Source of the DNA: Botryllus schlosseri | Lineage: Eukaryota | Assembly: GCA_051294905.1 (NCBI GenBank) | Contig: CM119376.1 | Coordinates: 5,456,001-5,520,000, forward strand | Length of the DNA: 64,000 nt | Reading direction: 5' to 3' | Part shown: positions 1 through 12,829 of the stretch, one piece after another | Layout of the letters: each line of letters opens with the position of its first letter | Position numbering within the stretch: the first letter of the stretch is position 1 | Notes under the pieces: model-generated | Databases searched by the model: none | What the model was told of the DNA's origin: nothing | The model's input: the letters and a program-made list of their open reading frames with translations, nothing else | Position numbers and translations under genes: made by a program

Positions 1-118
1 GAACTGAGCATAATTTTTGTTGTTGGCCTACTTCTTGCTAATAAGGAATTTAATTCAATTTAAACAGTTTTTGAGAAATCAGGAATTGTGACTGAAGAAC
101 TTCTTGTAGGTATACAAT

Positions 119-592
119 CAGGGTTGGGATGACTCGAGTCACGATTTTCTGACGACTCGACTTGACTCGAGCCATTTTCTCCAAATGCGGAAATGACTAG
201 ACTCGATTCGAGTCAATCCGTGTATTGACTCGACTTGGACTCGAGTCATTGCGCGTGACTCGAACCAAGTCATATGACTCGAGACTCAGCCGACCATGAC
301 CGACATTTCATTGTAAATTCTAACTATAGTCAAGTGACCACACTATTGGGATTTCGTCTATCGGTACTGGTATTTGAAAATGCGACCAGAAACTGCAAAA
401 CGTGAGGAAAATTAGTCGATTATGAATGCGAACCTTTCGATATCACGAAACATAGTTATGAAAAGTGGGTTTAACGAGACTTTAACTTGAAATTGAGCAG
501 TCAACACAATGACTTGGACTCGGACTCGAGTCTCTGCTTGCTTACTTGGACTCAGACTTGACTCAGAGTCTGGTGACTTGGTTACAACCCTG
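119..592. mobile_element. hAT-type MITE, family A (GACTCGAGTC-rich ends)
   Basis: Termini CAGGGTTG...CAACCCTG; flanks TATACAAT (111-118) / TATACAAA (593-600) = 7/8 TSD; dense GACTCGAGTC subterminal motifs; 4 further copies in the window. Confidence 0.85.
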
Positions 593-1588
593 TATACAAA
601 GCTCTTTCCAATTCTCTACTAATTTCTGACGATCACGCCGGACGAGCGTCATTTCAATTTGAATGTACATTTTACTCGTAATTGTAATTCTAATATAATT
701 TGTAAAAAATGTGTCCTAATGTAACTTGAAAAACACTGCGCTGCAATAATTATAATTATAATCTAATTTTAAAAGGCTAAAAAATATTGTAGCTGTTCAA
801 ATCTGCTAGCAAGGCATGGTAGCTGGTTGTATTGTTTGCAACCAAACTTCGACGGAAAACGTGATATTGCGTTCGAGTCATGAAGCCGAGAACAAGGAAG
901 TAAACGTCAGCGCACCACGGGTGAGGTGTAAATTCGCGGTCTGCCAGAAAGCGGAGGGTGGAAATTGCTCATCTGGATTGCAATCTTAGTTTCCCCTCCC
1001 ATCATCGGACTGGGCAGCGTGATTTCCCAAAATTTGTTTGATAATGTAAAACACGCTATCTGGCAATCGAGTGGTCAACCGCCGTGCGTCAAGTTCGTAA
1101 ATTCCAGATGTAAGACACTCAAGCCTAACTACAGCATAAATGGGTTGCCTGGTGGCGCTATGCTTTGCATTTACTCCTTAGCAATTTAATCGTGTTATTG
1201 TACCATACGCCTGTCAGGACAATTATCCCTTGCTGAAGAAAGAGTTTTGCATACAGACTCATATCAGATTCGTGTGACGCTAGCTGCTGAATCGCCTACT
1301 CAAAAATAATTTTGACAATTTGGGACGCACTGTGTCTCCCAAGTCGCGTGGATGGGTTTTGAAATATTGAGAATTTGGGACGCACTGGCACTATGTCAGC
1401 TACTTCTTTCAGCTACTCCGGTACTTTCCAAAAACCACAAACACCAACTAACTGCATACTAAGCCTACTTCTAAATTTAGCAATAATGATGAATTGGAGA
1501 GTCAATTTACTGCCATCTTTACAGATAGATGCATTCAATGTGTTGTAAACGTTCCCCACAGTTGCCGTTTGGATTTGGAACATCATAC

Positions 1589-1706
1589 CTTATCAGCCAC
1601 CAGCCTTCGAAGTTCTTCTGCAAAACTTCCACCGTGACGCCCGCGCCGAAACTGATTTCATCCGAGTTCTCCGCCTTGTATTCTTGCGTGGTAACATATT
1701 GTTCAC
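1589..1706 (-). CDS. SH3PXD2: SH3PXD2/Tks-like gene, exon 8 (second SH3, N-terminal part); the gene continues beyond window position 1
   Basis: ttccag|GT...ATAAG|gtatga; translates (G)EQYVTTQEYKAENSDEISFGAGVTVEVLQKNFEGWWLIR, resembling Tks5 SH3-2; phase 1 matches the previous exon. Confidence 0.9.
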
Positions 1707-1949
1707 CTGGAAATAAAAATATACGAGATCTCAGAGATGGTAAACATCAAGCCAACACTTTACGCCAGCGGTTATCAACCGCTGATCCGCGGACCGAAGC
1801 CCGTTCGCCAGATATATTAGAATTTTATTTCTCAATTTTAAAATGAAAGAAGTTGGGCGCTTCTGGATTGATTAGAGAAAGAGAACATCAAATTTTAAAA
1901 ATATTTACAAGTGGGGAACGTATTTTTGGATGATTTCGCAATAGAGAGT

Positions 1950-2405
1950 TCATGGACTACTTTGGGTGTATGTCACAATGGTGTAGTCTTATAAGGAACT
2001 GTTTGAAAAGTAGCCTGCAACTCGTTTTGGACACGCTATATGTGACAGCTCCGGAGACTTTCAAACAAATTTCATTAAATTCCGACAGTGTAATTAAGCG
2101 GCACTTGGCAGTTTATTACATGCTATAGGAAATATCAAAGTCGCATTTCTTTCAAAGGATAACGGAAAATCACAACCACTTCAGTGCTCTTTAACAAGAC
2201 TTCGCGATCTTCGCCTTGCAGAAACTTCAATAGAACCACGTATAAATGTCTAGCGTCAAAAAGGCATCATTAAAAGAAGTTGCCAATATTAAATTTGACT
2301 TAATGCATTTATCGTAATTTAATTAAGGGTGAATTTTGATTTTTGAAAGTTCACCGTTCTGCAATATTTCTTTCTCCAAGAGGTCAAAAAGGTTGAGAAC
2401 CACTG
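1950..2405 (+). mobile_element. Degraded 3' end of a Charlie/Buster-like hAT transposon
   Basis: Broken frames resemble the hAT dimerisation domain (LWVYV..YKELFEK, YM*QL, LRLAETSIEPRIN); followed by the typical right end AAAAAGGTTGAGAACCACTG. Confidence 0.55.
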
Positions 2406-2678
2406 CTTTGCGTGGCCAACGGAGAACACGTTTGTGAGTACGAGAAAGTGTTTCAAGCCTTTTGCTAACTTCATTATTCCAGAAGTTAAGCCGACTCAAT
2501 GGTATTGTTTTTGAATTTCAACTGAAAAGTTCAACTGCCAGCTGAAATGCGGTCAGGCAGGTGTACTTTTTCGAACAATTTTTACATTCTACCGCATTTT
2601 TACACGCTTCTACGCCATTTTTACTGACGTCAACAGTCTTCCAAAGCTGTACGAGTGTTGGAGTGTATGCGTGTGTAT

Positions 2679-3254
2679 TAGGGATGTTCAAAAATGCCTT
2701 TTTTACTCAAATTCTACTGGCTACTTGATAAAATTGGTAGGTTACCTAATTGAAGCCTGCACACCAAATTTGGTTCAATTGCAGCGAGTAGCCGCATTCC
2801 TACAGGAGAAGAAAGTTAGTCATTCATTATATAAAAATGAATAGAAAAAAATTCAAATTGCCGTCGAAAAATTCGGGATTTGAATAAAATAGTATTTACG
2901 GTGACCGATTCTTCAATTAGTTATTATAGTTGTGCCCACCGTAAACACTATTTTATTCAAATCCAAATTTTTCGATCTCAATAACTCCGCTTCGGCTGTT
3001 TGGAATCGAGCCAAATTTGGTGAACATCGTTTCTATACACAACCTAGCAATATCATGGGGTGAACAGAACACTTTGAATTTTTGTAAATTCATTTTTAGA
3101 TAATAGCCTAATTAAAAAACTTTCTTCTGTAGCAATGCGGCTACTCGCTGGAATTGAACCAAATTTGGTGCGTAGGCTTCAATTAGGTAACCTAACAATT
3201 TTATCAAGTAGCCAGTACAATTTGAGAAAAAAAAGTCATTTTTGAACACCCACA
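2679..3254. mobile_element. hAT-type MITE, family E (long fold-back arms)
   Basis: TAGGGATGTTCAAAAA / TTTTTGAACACCCACA; ~140-bp inverted arms; perfect 8-bp TSD GTGTGTAT (2671-2678, 3255-3262). Confidence 0.85.
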
Positions 3255-3380
3255 GTGTGTATATGCCTGTACGCAAATTGGAATTTTACTAATTCTGGAA
3301 GAGAAAGAGTCACATTTGGTTGGTGGCATAGCAAGCGCCTCAGTCAAGAAATATAATTTTAGAAAGCAGATTTGTACTTG

Positions 3381-3612
3381 AATAGTTTCTTAGAGGTACA
3401 GAACTTTAATATACAATTGATTAGTATATTCTTATTGAAATGAACTCGAATATTTTTCCCTGACGAGTGTCAGGCGTAATCGTCAGAAACTAGTAGAGAA
3501 ACTAGTACAATGTTCTTTCCCATTCTCTACTCGCTGCTGACGATTACCAATGACGAGTGTCAGTGTCAGCACAAAGTATTCGACCGCATTTCAATATGAA
3601 TATACCATTCAA
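3381..3612 (-). mobile_element. Family D hammerhead-bearing repeat (degenerate, fold-back copy)
   Basis: Reverse arm 3381-3500 and forward arm 3506-3612 head-to-head; flanks ATTTGTACTTG / ATTTGAACTTT (9/11). Confidence 0.65.
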
Positions 3613-4406
3613 ATTTGAACTTTTGAATGTACTTTTGAAAGTTCGATTAAAGACTAGTATCACTAAGTTATCAGTATCTTCGAATTTAGAGATTTGGGGG
3701 GTTTGAAACCCCTCCCATTTAAAACTTGCGCTGAGGTTCGTGTTCGATTGTAATAAAATGAAAATGAACGAGTTGCTTCAGAATCTACTCTAGTTGTGTT
3801 TTCTCTGGTTAATTGATGATTTTAGAGGGACGTTAGTTCTAGTTCTGCATTTTGATAATCCTGTCCAGAACAGGCAACTGCCATTGCCGGCCGGCACCAC
3901 GGAAGGAAACCAGTCCAGTCAAGTTCTTCGCTGCGGTTTCGTCAAATCGTTATTCATCGATTGTGTAAAGTGCCACCGATCGGCGATGAATCAATCCTGG
4001 ATATCGCGAGTTTAATTGAGGATAATCCAACCGATCGGTCCAATTCAAATCAGGAAACGATCAAGAAAAGTTTAAACATAGAGTCCATTCTCCTATCGCA
4101 TGCGGTACTCGACAGGTGACAACCGCAAATCATCAGTAAAAGATTATTGGATAAAATGAAGGCTTGCAAATGCAAACTCAAATGTACGGTCGATCGGCGA
4201 AACCGATCTGAGTCATAGCCTGTAATTGGTCGATGGTTTCAGGGATGTGAAGTCTGAGTTGAATTTTCATTAAATTCTCTCCAGATGTCACAGAGACTGT
4301 GTAAAACCCTTCAAAGAACGGGAGAAACACATTCTGGTTGGGGCAGGAATTTGTTAAAATGCTCCAACTACTTTAAAATCAAACCAAACGTTCTCAAATG
4401 TTACTA

Positions 4407-4606
4407 TTGAGTTGTATGTTCGGATTCAAATTCGAATATTTTCGGCTGACACTCGACACTATACGATTGTTGATGTACAATGTTCCTTCCAATTCTTTAC
4501 TAGTTGCGTACGATCACCACTGACGAGTGTCAGCCGAAATTATTCGGGTTTATTTCAATATGAATATACTAATCAATTGTATATTGAGTTACTCGAAGAA
4601 GCTCTT
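4407..4606 (+). mobile_element. Family D hammerhead-bearing repeat (fold-back copy)
   Basis: Truncated reverse arm then forward arm ending AAGAAGCTCTT; flanks CAAATGTTACTA / CCAATGGTACTA (10/12); core CTGACGA-G-TGTCAGC-C-GAAA-TTAT-TC-GGGT at 4520-4549. Confidence 0.7.
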
Positions 4607-5269
4607 CCAATGGTACTAAAATGTTTCTGCAAGCTACAAAAGTTATTAAGAGCTTCTCGGAGGTACAGAAGAAGAAGCTATTAAATTCTTTTCAAAATTC
4701 ATTTCTGCGAGCACAATTTTGTTTAATTAGAAAAAAAATGGTCGAGTCAATACGTAATATTAATAACTGAAAATGTGATAGTAAACGTATATTTTTCTGA
4801 GTAGATTCACCATCATAGTTGGAATGGGAGTTCTGGGAACAGAATCTTAGGAGTCGTATTCGATGCGTTAGAAGTTTCGGGTGTCATAGTCTCCGCAGAC
4901 TTGCACTATAAAATTTTCCGTCTTTTCCAAATTAGAGTAGCATTAGAGTTAGTGAGTTCACAAAAACTTGGAAATTGAATTGAATTTAGAATTATAATAA
5001 AAAATTAAGCTGAGCGTATTTCGCACTATACAGTTCTCCTGTAGCGTTTCAAATAATACCAGAAATTAAATTCAAATCAGAACACAGAAACTTCTCCAAA
5101 TTAGCTTAGAGTTAGATTGCAGGGATTTCACTTTAATTAGTATACGGTAATGAAGACAACTAGAATTATGTGGTTGTCCAAATCTTGTGGTTGGTATACT
5201 GAGAATACCTTCTGAGTTGTAGTTCACGGTAAATGCCTGCAAATAAAAGCTAACGGAAGCCTTATATAC

Positions 5270-5386
5270 CTTGACCAGGGGCGGCTCTCTTTGTGACCAG
5301 GTCTTCCACGGTGCCGTCCGGCTTTTCCAAGTACACCCCCGGCACCCAGCCTCTTTCTCCTTCATCGTTGCTGACCAGCCACCAGC
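5270..5386 (-). CDS. SH3PXD2: SH3PXD2/Tks-like gene, exon 7 (first SH3 C-terminal half plus linker)
   Basis: tgtcag|GC...CAAG|gtatat; (G)WWLVSNDEGERGWVPGVYLEKPDGTVEDLVTKRAAPGQ; 117 bp, phase 1-1. Confidence 0.92.
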
Positions 5387-5486
5387 CTGACAATTGCAAC
5401 AAATGCGGGCTGATTATTGGCAAGGAACACTGCTAATGCGGTATATTCTACACTGGATCATTCAAGTGAGATGAAACTATGTTTAG

Positions 5487-6416
5487 TAGGGATGGTGTGA
5501 ACGTGAGGTTCACGTTCGCGTTCTGTGTGTGAACCTCAGAAATTTAGAGGTTCACGTTCACAAACGAACCATAGTAGGTTCTGCACTGTGAACCTTTTTC
5601 ATATACCGGTATTATAATTTTTACTTCATTATAACATATTTGGTGGAAATTTATTGCATTTCAACTGCGGGCCACTATATGCACCTTGACAATCTCAAAA
5701 AATTTAATTGCTTCATACAAACGTATGTCCGAATATTCAATGACTGTCAGCTGCGAGCTTGACCCGCAATCACACAACATCAGTACCGAAATGAACTACA
5801 TGTAGGTAGGTAGTCCGCGAGTGATGCTTATTCAACCAATCAATGAAATTGATGTCATTGTGTGTAAGAAATCTAGCAGGCGTACTGCGTCAATCTTGAA
5901 TTCATATGTTTATTGCATGTTTATTGTATTGTATTGACTACGGCTGTATAACTTGTTAACGGGGTAATATCGGTAGCAAGTATAGAAACCCGCTTTACAC
6001 TCTTGCTCAGTATCAACGGGGCAATACTCAGACGCCGAAATAATTGTCCGGTCTGGCCTGGACCGTAAAGGCGGAAGCTTATATTCCCATGCAAAGCACT
6101 TTTCAAAATTGTCGGGAAAGCGACGGAGGATATTGATTTTATGGGATTATTATATCATTTGATTGCCGCAGTTGATACATTTGACGACCTCTAAAACGTA
6201 AATATGTACTTCAGCATTGTGGCATTGTGTGGCACAAGTCGTCGCTAGGTATCGTGTTCAACAATATAGGCTCTCACTTCACTGAAATGTAGCGTTGGAA
6301 TTAGCAATATGACGTCACGTGACGTCATGAGGTTCACGTTCGTGTTCACACAGAACCTATCAAAAAGGTTCGCGTTCACACGAACCCGAACCTTTCAGAG
6401 GTTCACACCATCCCTA
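5487..6416. mobile_element. hAT-type non-autonomous element, family F (GAACC/GTTCAC-rich ends)
   Basis: Perfect 16-bp TIR TAGGGATGGTGTGAAC / GTTCACACCATCCCTA; perfect 8-bp TSD ATGTTTAG (5479-5486, 6417-6424); intronic. Confidence 0.92.
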
Positions 6417-6537
6417 ATGTTTAGTGCCGGGTGGAAAAATATGTATTTAGCATATTCGATCACCTCTAACTGCATGAAAATATCAGAATTTGAATATCAA
6501 CTAAAATTCGATAATTGTTGCACACACTATCACCTAC

Positions 6538-6669
6538 CGTTTTCATTCTTTTCGATAACTTCAAGCCTTTCTCCGTCGGTGATGGATAATTCTTTATGCT
6601 GCGTGCTCAAATAATCGGCGATAGCCACGTAGGGCTCAAGAAAAAGTGGCGCCGATATTTCAGATATTT
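6538..6669 (-). CDS. SH3PXD2: SH3PXD2/Tks-like gene, exon 6 (first SH3 N-terminal half)
   Basis: ttttgcag|AA...AACG|gtaggt; (E)ISEISAPLFLEPYVAIADYLSTQHKELSITDGERLEVIEKNEN; 132 bp, phase 1-1. Confidence 0.92.
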
Positions 6670-7849
6670 CTGCAAAAAAGATATCCAAACTAAATGACTT
6701 CAACACGCTTTTAAAATCAAGGTCGAAATGCAATGAATAGCAATTGGTTATGTTCAACTTTACAAAATTATTTTAAAGTATGCCGCTGATAGCATGTCAC
6801 TTACAAAAGTGAAGTTCCCACATCAATCTGTGAACAGCCATGCACAAATAGCACATCTAACACGCATGCAATACAATTAAGCTTCCCAGCCACTGTGCAG
6901 GAGTCATACAGGACATTGTTGACAATGAATACTAGCCTACGACGCATGTAACAACATACAATAATACATAAAGTATTCGTTCATTGCATTTGCGCAAGCG
7001 TTTGTGAGTAAATGCTTTAAAATCGGAGCAAAATTAATCGTGTTACGAAATCAAACCATCGCATTAACTGTGAATAAAAAGCTCTGGAAATAGACGTAAG
7101 ATGGTATCGTTATAATACTCCTACTCAGTAAATATGTGCAGTGTACAGCAAATAACTTGATAATGATGCTTAGCACAGAACCAAAAACTGGTTTCCAACC
7201 ATTTTTGAATAACAGGCCAGTATCATCGAAGCCTGGAAACAAATTTGACTAATGTTTGAAATTTAGTGACTAACATCGTGACAAGCACATCATAATCTAA
7301 TCAACTGGTGTCCTGAATACATTCGCACTTCATTTTCCAATGATATATTTTCCATGGAAGGCCATTGGACATGGGATAATAATACAGGCAACAATTGTTG
7401 ATTTACGGTAATGTTCTTTCCAATTATCTACTAGTTGTTCACGGAGTGTCAGCCTGTCGTGGTTATTTCAATATGAATACATTATGCAATTGTATAGGCC
7501 TATTGAGAGACTGTGTACAGTATATTTCACTCATGAATTTTTCAATTATTCCATGCTATGCTGACACGCAGTTCCAACAGATGACATAACGACTAGAATT
7601 GAGAAACTGTGGATACAGGGTGAACAAACAGGGATACTCTGACCAAGATAAGATATTACAAAGCTTCATACAATCTTGTTCACCCCACTTCAACTAGCCT
7701 ACTTCAAAGATCAGAGACTAACTAGGTTAATCTGTAACCATACACTCAGATAACACCAATAACTGGGAAGTGAAAAAGGGATCCATCATGCTTGCGTTAC
7801 ATATGACACAGCAAGTCAAGCCCCTTGGGATTTCCTTATTGAAAGGATG

Positions 7850-8950
7850 GATTTTCAACTAGGTCGCCGGTGTCAGAGAAAATGATTTATACCAGAACAG
7901 CAACATTAAAGACAGCTCTCAACCTGTTGCTGGTGCTGATATTTACATACATCTAATGGCTTTCGGAATTACATACAGAAAAAGCTCCTCAATCGTCAAA
8001 ACATCAACAACCAGCAATCCAGATAGGATGGAATTTCCAATTCTCTACTAGTTGCTGAAGATTAACCCTAATGAGTGTCAGCCGAAAACATTCAAGTTCA
8101 TTTCAATCATGAATATATTACTCAATTGCATGTTGAAGCTTTTCAAATACAGATATTGAACTCTCAAATTCCAAATGGTTGTTTGGATAACACTATCAGG
8201 CTATAACGACGGGTGATATAATAGATGATGAATCATAGAGACTGCATCCTAATTAGGGCTATCAGTGGATCATTGGAAAGTGAGAAATATCCTGTTTCAA
8301 GATTGAATTACTCCAGACAGGAAGGTAAGCTAGAGGCCTATAACAATTTGCTGCATCACTAATCGAAGACCATAACCAATGGCCAGTGCTGGTAATCTAG
8401 TTGGAGGATTTCTACGAACATCGGACATTAGTTGAGTCACCTACTAATCTTTATTTTAAACTATATACCGGTAAACAGAATTACGGGAGAACACAAAAAT
8501 CTTTTAAAATAGATCCACACCCATCAGTTACTAGAAACATTAGGATATTGGTAAAGTAAACCAAAAGCAGTCAAGGTAGGGAGGATGCTGTAAACTACAA
8601 AGGCTACAAATTACAAGATCAGCTACAATCGAGAAATAGTTTCAGTGGTTAGATTGTCAGCGGTTTCATTTCGTAACATATTAAAGACTTGGAATATCTT
8701 GCTTAACCTAATTAGCGATTTTTCCAATCCTAAAATTCATAACCTTCAACTGATTTTATCTCACAAACCCAATACAATATATCAGTCGTGGCTGCTTATA
8801 ATTGGAACCCGCCAAAGGTAATCTCGAAATTTAGATATCAAAATCGTGTATGACCAATTTTCAAGAAGCTTGCAGAAAACATTTTAAGCTAACCAGAGGT
8901 TCCAATCACCAATTTTGTTCGCAGAGAATAGTGCTAGTGATTGACAGTTT
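7850..8950 (-). mobile_element. Highly degraded non-LTR (LINE) reverse transcriptase remnant
   Basis: RT-like fragments in the expected order and spacing across broken frames: TTDILY, VAFVVY, DVRR...LVMQQI, YLDC, GAFSV...NISTSNRLRAVFNVAVL; interrupted by a family D fragment at ~8030-8150. Confidence 0.4.
8030..8150 (+). repeat. Family D fragment with mutated hammerhead core (CTAATGA)
   Basis: ttccaattctctactagttgctgaagattaaccctaatgagtgtcagccgaaaacattc matches the family D consensus; another fragment at ~7397-7500. Confidence 0.65.
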
Positions 8951-9966
8951 CCTGCTTGAAGCTCAGACTAAAGCGGGGAGAACACCCAAACGGAAGGATG
9001 TAAATGCCATGACTTCCTACGGCTTAGCTGGGATGGCAGGAAGAACAGATTAGGTCAGGCTTTGCAACCACAAAAGTAGCCTATCCGACAGTAATCAACA
9101 AGAGACTCTTGAGATATGAAACTAATGATCAAAACAGTCAGAGAAAATCTCAAAACATTTTGCACACACACACAAGAGAAGATTACCGTCATTTTGTCAT
9201 TTAAACTCTCAATGAGTAATCCAGACAAATACGGGAATATTAAGTGTGAAAATGTCCTAACATGGAGTTAACATCACCTGATGTTATAGTCAGGATTCTG
9301 AAATCATCTATGGCATTTTCAAAAACGTAGTAGTTTCAATCGAACGCAAGAGGCATGATTCACATCTGGGTAACAAATCCCAGTATGGCGATTCAAGCAG
9401 AAATGCTGCGGGCAACAAAATGCAAAATTACAGAAATTCCTGAGCGCAACAACGATTTAAACAACCTCATCTGGTCAACAGTATCTCCAGACGGCCATAA
9501 GGGAGACGTGCTGCGCATGGCATGACTCACACAACAATGAAATTACGTCAGTGAAAGTGAATTAAGCAAACGGCATCTACGAAACAGCCCTGGCTCCAGA
9601 CGCATTCACATCAATCCTTGGACGAAATCAGACGCAGGCAAGCGACGATGACTCATATTATCGGACCCACGTCAAGGTACTCACCAAACGATTTCGACCT
9701 TCTGACAACTCTTTGGGCGTGAAAACGCCGGACTTTTCAATGATAATAACAGAAAAATACTGTGATTTGAACTAATCTTGAAATAAAATCAAACACAGAA
9801 CGTATGATCCTTTCACCGGAAAATCTACAGATTACGGGTTATATCAAAATCAATGTGGGAATTGCTGCTAAGAGTCAAGACCATGGGCTAGAATATAACA
9901 AATCCAAATCAGCTGTTTTCAAGTACTGAATTGCATCCATAGCCTACATGCAAATAAGTTACTTAC

Positions 9967-9998
9967 CCGGTTCCTCGTTCTTGCGTCTTTTTGACTCA
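9967..9998 (-). CDS. SH3PXD2: SH3PXD2/Tks-like gene, exon 5 (32-bp linker exon)
   Basis: ttttcattgtag|TGAGTCAAAAAGACGCAAGAACGAGGAACCGG|gtaagt; phase 2 in, phase 1 out, exactly bridging exons 4 and 6. Confidence 0.8.
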
Positions 9999-10239
9999 CT
10001 ACAATGAAAATAAGACTTCATGATATAAAATTTCACCGGTGGTAAAGCATGGTCATATAACTAGCTAGGAGTGTATGCAAATTCAACATTTGAGTCACTG
10101 AAGTATACATCCCACAGCATATACGAGCGAGATTTCAACCTATTATGTCTGGGAACACGCTAGGGTGAAGAAAATTGCGAAATTGTCTGCTTGCATTTGT
10201 AGACATAACCATCAAAGATATGAACCAATTTCTACTTAC

Positions 10240-10331
10240 TCTCTATTAGGATTCAAATCCTCCGGCCTGACCTCGAAAAAGTCCAAAACGTGGTCGCAAT
10301 GCGCGATATGATCTGGCAGCTTGACAATAGC
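10240..10331 (-). CDS. SH3PXD2: SH3PXD2/Tks-like gene, exon 4 (end of PX domain)
   Basis: tttttcag|GCT...AGAGA|gtaagt; AIVKLPDHIAHCDHVLDFFEVRPEDLNPNR; 92 bp. Confidence 0.92.
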
Positions 10332-12676
10332 CTGAAAAAGTAATTACGTATGCGTGAAATGAATGATTCGAATAAGTCGATATATTAATTAAAAGATTTG
10401 ACATTTCGTAATAATAGTTTTGCACAAATATGGCATTTTAAGAATGAGCAATAGGTCAGACATTCGCCCACATATTTTCAATTCCTTTCATCGCTCATAA
10501 TCACCGATACATACTGATGACAGATCAATATTATCATTCAATTTTACATATTCTATAGACATAATAGTCAACAATGAATGCATTTGTACTGGTAGGGAAT
10601 AGAAAATCTTAACAACATTCCAGTTTAGTAACAAAAGCCACAAACAACTAATACTCAACACCTACGCAAGATTATGAGTGATACAGCATGGGCTAAATAC
10701 AGTGGTAAATCTTTTTTCTGTTAAAAGCTACAGATCCCATATTTCTAAACGTTGAAGTGTGCCATTAAGGTTATGTTGCATAATGATAGTATCAAGAATT
10801 TATGAATCTGTCGTATAATCTTTTTAAATGAATATCCACTCTACACAGGCTACACAACTATCAATACCAATAACATAAATTCTATCCTATCAGATGGTTT
10901 GAACGTCTTGAATGTGGACATGCTGCAAATTCTTGACAAAAAACTCATTCTCACACGAACAGCCAAATGGGCTAATCGGAAGTTTGCTCAGAAGTCTCCA
11001 CACTGCTGCCAGATACAGTGATCTGAGTGATAAACTATGAGTCATTTATCTCAATGTAAGTTTGACAATAATATTTAAAACCAAAATATCAAATGTAATA
11101 TACTACACTGGTATTAAAAGACTGACACACCGACAACAGCAAACATTGCGGTAATGCGGTAAGCAGTAGTGACTGTCATTCACCCACACATTTTCCATAA
11201 CATATATTACTCATAGACACAGACATTTAGACAGATACTGTACGACTATGTCACGTAACATCAAAGAAATTTCGGGAAATTGACCACAATTTATGACACG
11301 AAGGAAATGTAATGTATCTATTATACCAATACTAGGAGAAAGTAAATAGTATTTAGACTAAATTTATTACTATTAAAACTATTCATAGGAAGGAAATGTT
11401 AACTCCTCATTTATGATTTCATCCACTATACAAACAGTCGGGTCAACATATAGCATCAAGGTACCACATTAAGGAGGAGTGAAACATGTTATCAACTAGA
11501 CAAACCGAGATACACACTATTTATGTAGGTCTCAAAGTTAGCCAGCTACAAAGAGTCTGGTATCTACAGCAAAAACATTACTACTTCGATCATTCTGCAA
11601 ACAATTTCTATGATTATAAGACTACCAAATAGGGTAACTCTGGTCCTGTTGTGGATCTCTCTTGTGAAAGATGCAGCCAGGAGAATTTAAATCAAGCACA
11701 TACAACAAATAGCAAGAATGGAAAAACATTATCTCCCAGAAATACCAGATAATACACCCGCCGTTATCATAACAATGCCATGAAATCTCATGAAGGAGTA
11801 TCCCTCTCTGCTTGCCCAATTTGAAGATAACTTTTCAAGTTTATCACCAGATAAAGGATCATTACAATAATAAATAGTTTTATCACATGCAAAGCTGAAC
11901 CATGCTAAACGCTTCGAGATATTTAGATGTATCATAATTGAAATTCACTTAAAATTTGACTTACAGCCTACTTCATAACAAAATATCTTGGATAATATAA
12001 TCACGAGGTAAAATATGAATTTTTCTTTATTCTATACGAACTGCAGTAGCCTACTGGTTTGTTAGATCATGGTCATGAATGATGCAATAATAATTACCAA
12101 TCGTTGCTGCAGCAACACACATTTATATACGAACTCAAATAGGTCAAGTAGCAACACCTTGCAATAAACATCATATCTTCCTGTACTTCAATGGGAAACC
12201 TAGGTATGACAGGATGTCCACTGACGGGCACAGCGGAGCCAGAAACTAAATAACACCAAGCTGTATGCCTAACTTTTCAAGCAGTGCCTTCGATAATGGT
12301 CTACATGCATAAGTTGTACATAATTACCAATTGTTATGGTTTACACAAAAAAGGTTGTCGAATCACAAAACTTTCCACATTTAATGCGACTATTTGTTAA
12401 TCGATTCATATTTTGTATCACTTCAAGACAAAAACAAAATTGTGTTGGTAATAACAGTAAATAAATAAATCGGAATTCACGCATTGATGAGATAAGTGAA
12501 GTCCGCATAACCACATATACGTATCTTCAAGTTAAGTCACCCACATGACACCAAGTCAGAAAATGCATGCAATATCGAAAGTAAACATAAATAATAATGC
12601 TGGTGCATGTGAAACTGACGATCAATAGCCAAATCGACATCAATCAGCATTCCACACAAAGTCACCGAGTACTTAC

Positions 12677-12829
12677 TTTGCAATATTCGTTTATAGATTT
12701 CAGTCGCTTTTGTGCTACGTCTCTGATGTGACTTCTCCTGAACAATATCTTTCCGGGTAGAAAAGGAATTCTTCGAGCCGACGGCTCTTTCAAACCCCCC
12801 TCCCAAGGAAATGTCTCCAGTAGGATGAT
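12677..12829 (-). CDS. SH3PXD2: SH3PXD2/Tks-like gene, exon 3 (PX domain core)
   Basis: ggcgtag|ATC...TGCAAA|gtaagt; [51 protein letters not shown], with the Tks-diagnostic [14 protein letters not shown]. Confidence 0.95.

Noticed and set aside
125-590. Regularly recurring GACTCGAGTC (and GATTAC, GAGGAC) motifs resembling a CRISPR or satellite array
   Set aside because: Irregular spacing, confined to element ends bounded by TIRs and TSDs; these are hAT subterminal repeats in a eukaryote.
840-1100. Possible Tc1 transposase N-terminus on the minus strand (SGRPR…MTRTQYHVFRRSL)
   Set aside because: Needs frameshifts; no TIR, TA TSD or DDE region found; too weak to call.
10650-11060. Possible hAT transposase core remnant (VETSEQTSD…LFV; CCITHNLA)
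   Set aside because: Only two loose motifs across stops; cannot be supported without a search.
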